Source: an uncultured Bacillota bacterium (lineage in GTDB: Bacteria > Bacillota > Clostridia > Christensenellales > UBA1242). From it: a DNA stretch of 64,000 nucleotides. Below the pieces are notes generated by a model that made no database searches, had not been told where the DNA came from, and was given only the letters and a program-made list of their open reading frames with translations. Each line of letters opens with the position of its first letter. Within the stretch, counting starts at the first letter, position 1. Below, piece by piece: positions 63,818 through 64,000 of the stretch. Both the position numbers and the translations under genes were made by a program. The stretch covers positions 81,649 to 145,648 of the forward strand of contig CASFBF010000011.1 in the NCBI GenBank assembly GCA_949292985.1. The letters are read 5' to 3'.

Positions 63818-64000
63818 TTACTCCTTTTCAATGCCTTTCATGGTTAACGAAATGCGTTTTTTGTTAAGGTCAACACTAAGCACTTTAACTTTCACCTGTT
63901 GTCCAACTTTCAGCACCTCAGATGGATGTTTAATGTATGCATCACAAATTTGAGAGATATGCACAAGTCCGTCTTGATGCACCCCTATGTCAACGAATGC
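63818..64000 (-). CDS. tex: Tex-like transcription accessory protein, C-terminal S1 domain (gene continues beyond window end)
   Basis: The minus-strand translation [60 protein letters not shown]-stop matches the S1 domain at the Tex/YhgF C-terminus. Confidence 0.8.
   Translation of the reverse strand, partial: AFVDIGVHQDGLVHISQICDAYIKHPSEVLKVGQQVKVKVLSVDLNKKRISLTMKGIEKE

Noticed and set aside
1-64000. A scan for CRISPR repeats, IS or transposase genes, integrases, phage genes, restriction-modification genes or long direct or inverted repeats.
   Set aside because: None were found by eye. Every large ORF is accounted for by housekeeping or sporulation functions or by short orphan genes. A computational repeat search would be needed to exclude short dispersed repeats.

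Overview
The window is low-GC (visually about 35%) and densely coding, and it reads as core chromosome of an endospore-forming Firmicute (Clostridia-like gene order). About 53 of 61 genes are on the minus strand. I found no CRISPR array, transposase, integrase, prophage or recognisable defence island. Recognisable blocks, in minus-strand transcription order: tex-mcsA-mcsB-clpC, hpf, eno, a T-box-controlled tyrS, yigZ-recX-acpS, valS, recJ-relA-hemZ-like, rpsO-pnp, pdaB-like, ftsK-rimO-pgsA-recA, miaB-mutS-mutL-miaA-ynbB, spoIIM-like, dacB-like, M50 protease-scpA-scpB-SpoIVFB-like, membrane cyclase-TM2-mnmA, tRNA-Ser, degV, hit-rnhA, pta-ackA, rpmF, plsX-rnc-smc-ftsY, and the 5' end of a pro-sigmaK-like gene. 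No complete new multi-gene system is evident. The items most worth follow-up are listed here. (1) PgsA carries a C-terminal domain that is a clear paralogue of the gamma (winged-helix) domain of the FtsK encoded 2 kb away. (2) The long RelA/SpoT homologue has lost every hallmark residue of its HD hydrolase. (3) A membrane class III cyclase with substituted catalytic residues sits in an operon with a zinc-ribbon/TM2 protein and mnmA. (4) Two roughly 90-nt GC-rich closed clusters of three hairpins lie in intergenic DNA. (5) An AT-rich two-gene orphan cassette is the only plus-strand unit in its neighbourhood, and several other orphan helical proteins have consensus promoters. (6) ftsK and the TM2 gene look leaderless. 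(7) Perfect Spo0A-box heptamers occur in three promoter regions. (8) Small genes expected at canonical operon positions (acpP, hfq, ctsR, the MiaB TRAM domain) are missing. All function calls come from reading motifs by eye; no database search was possible.
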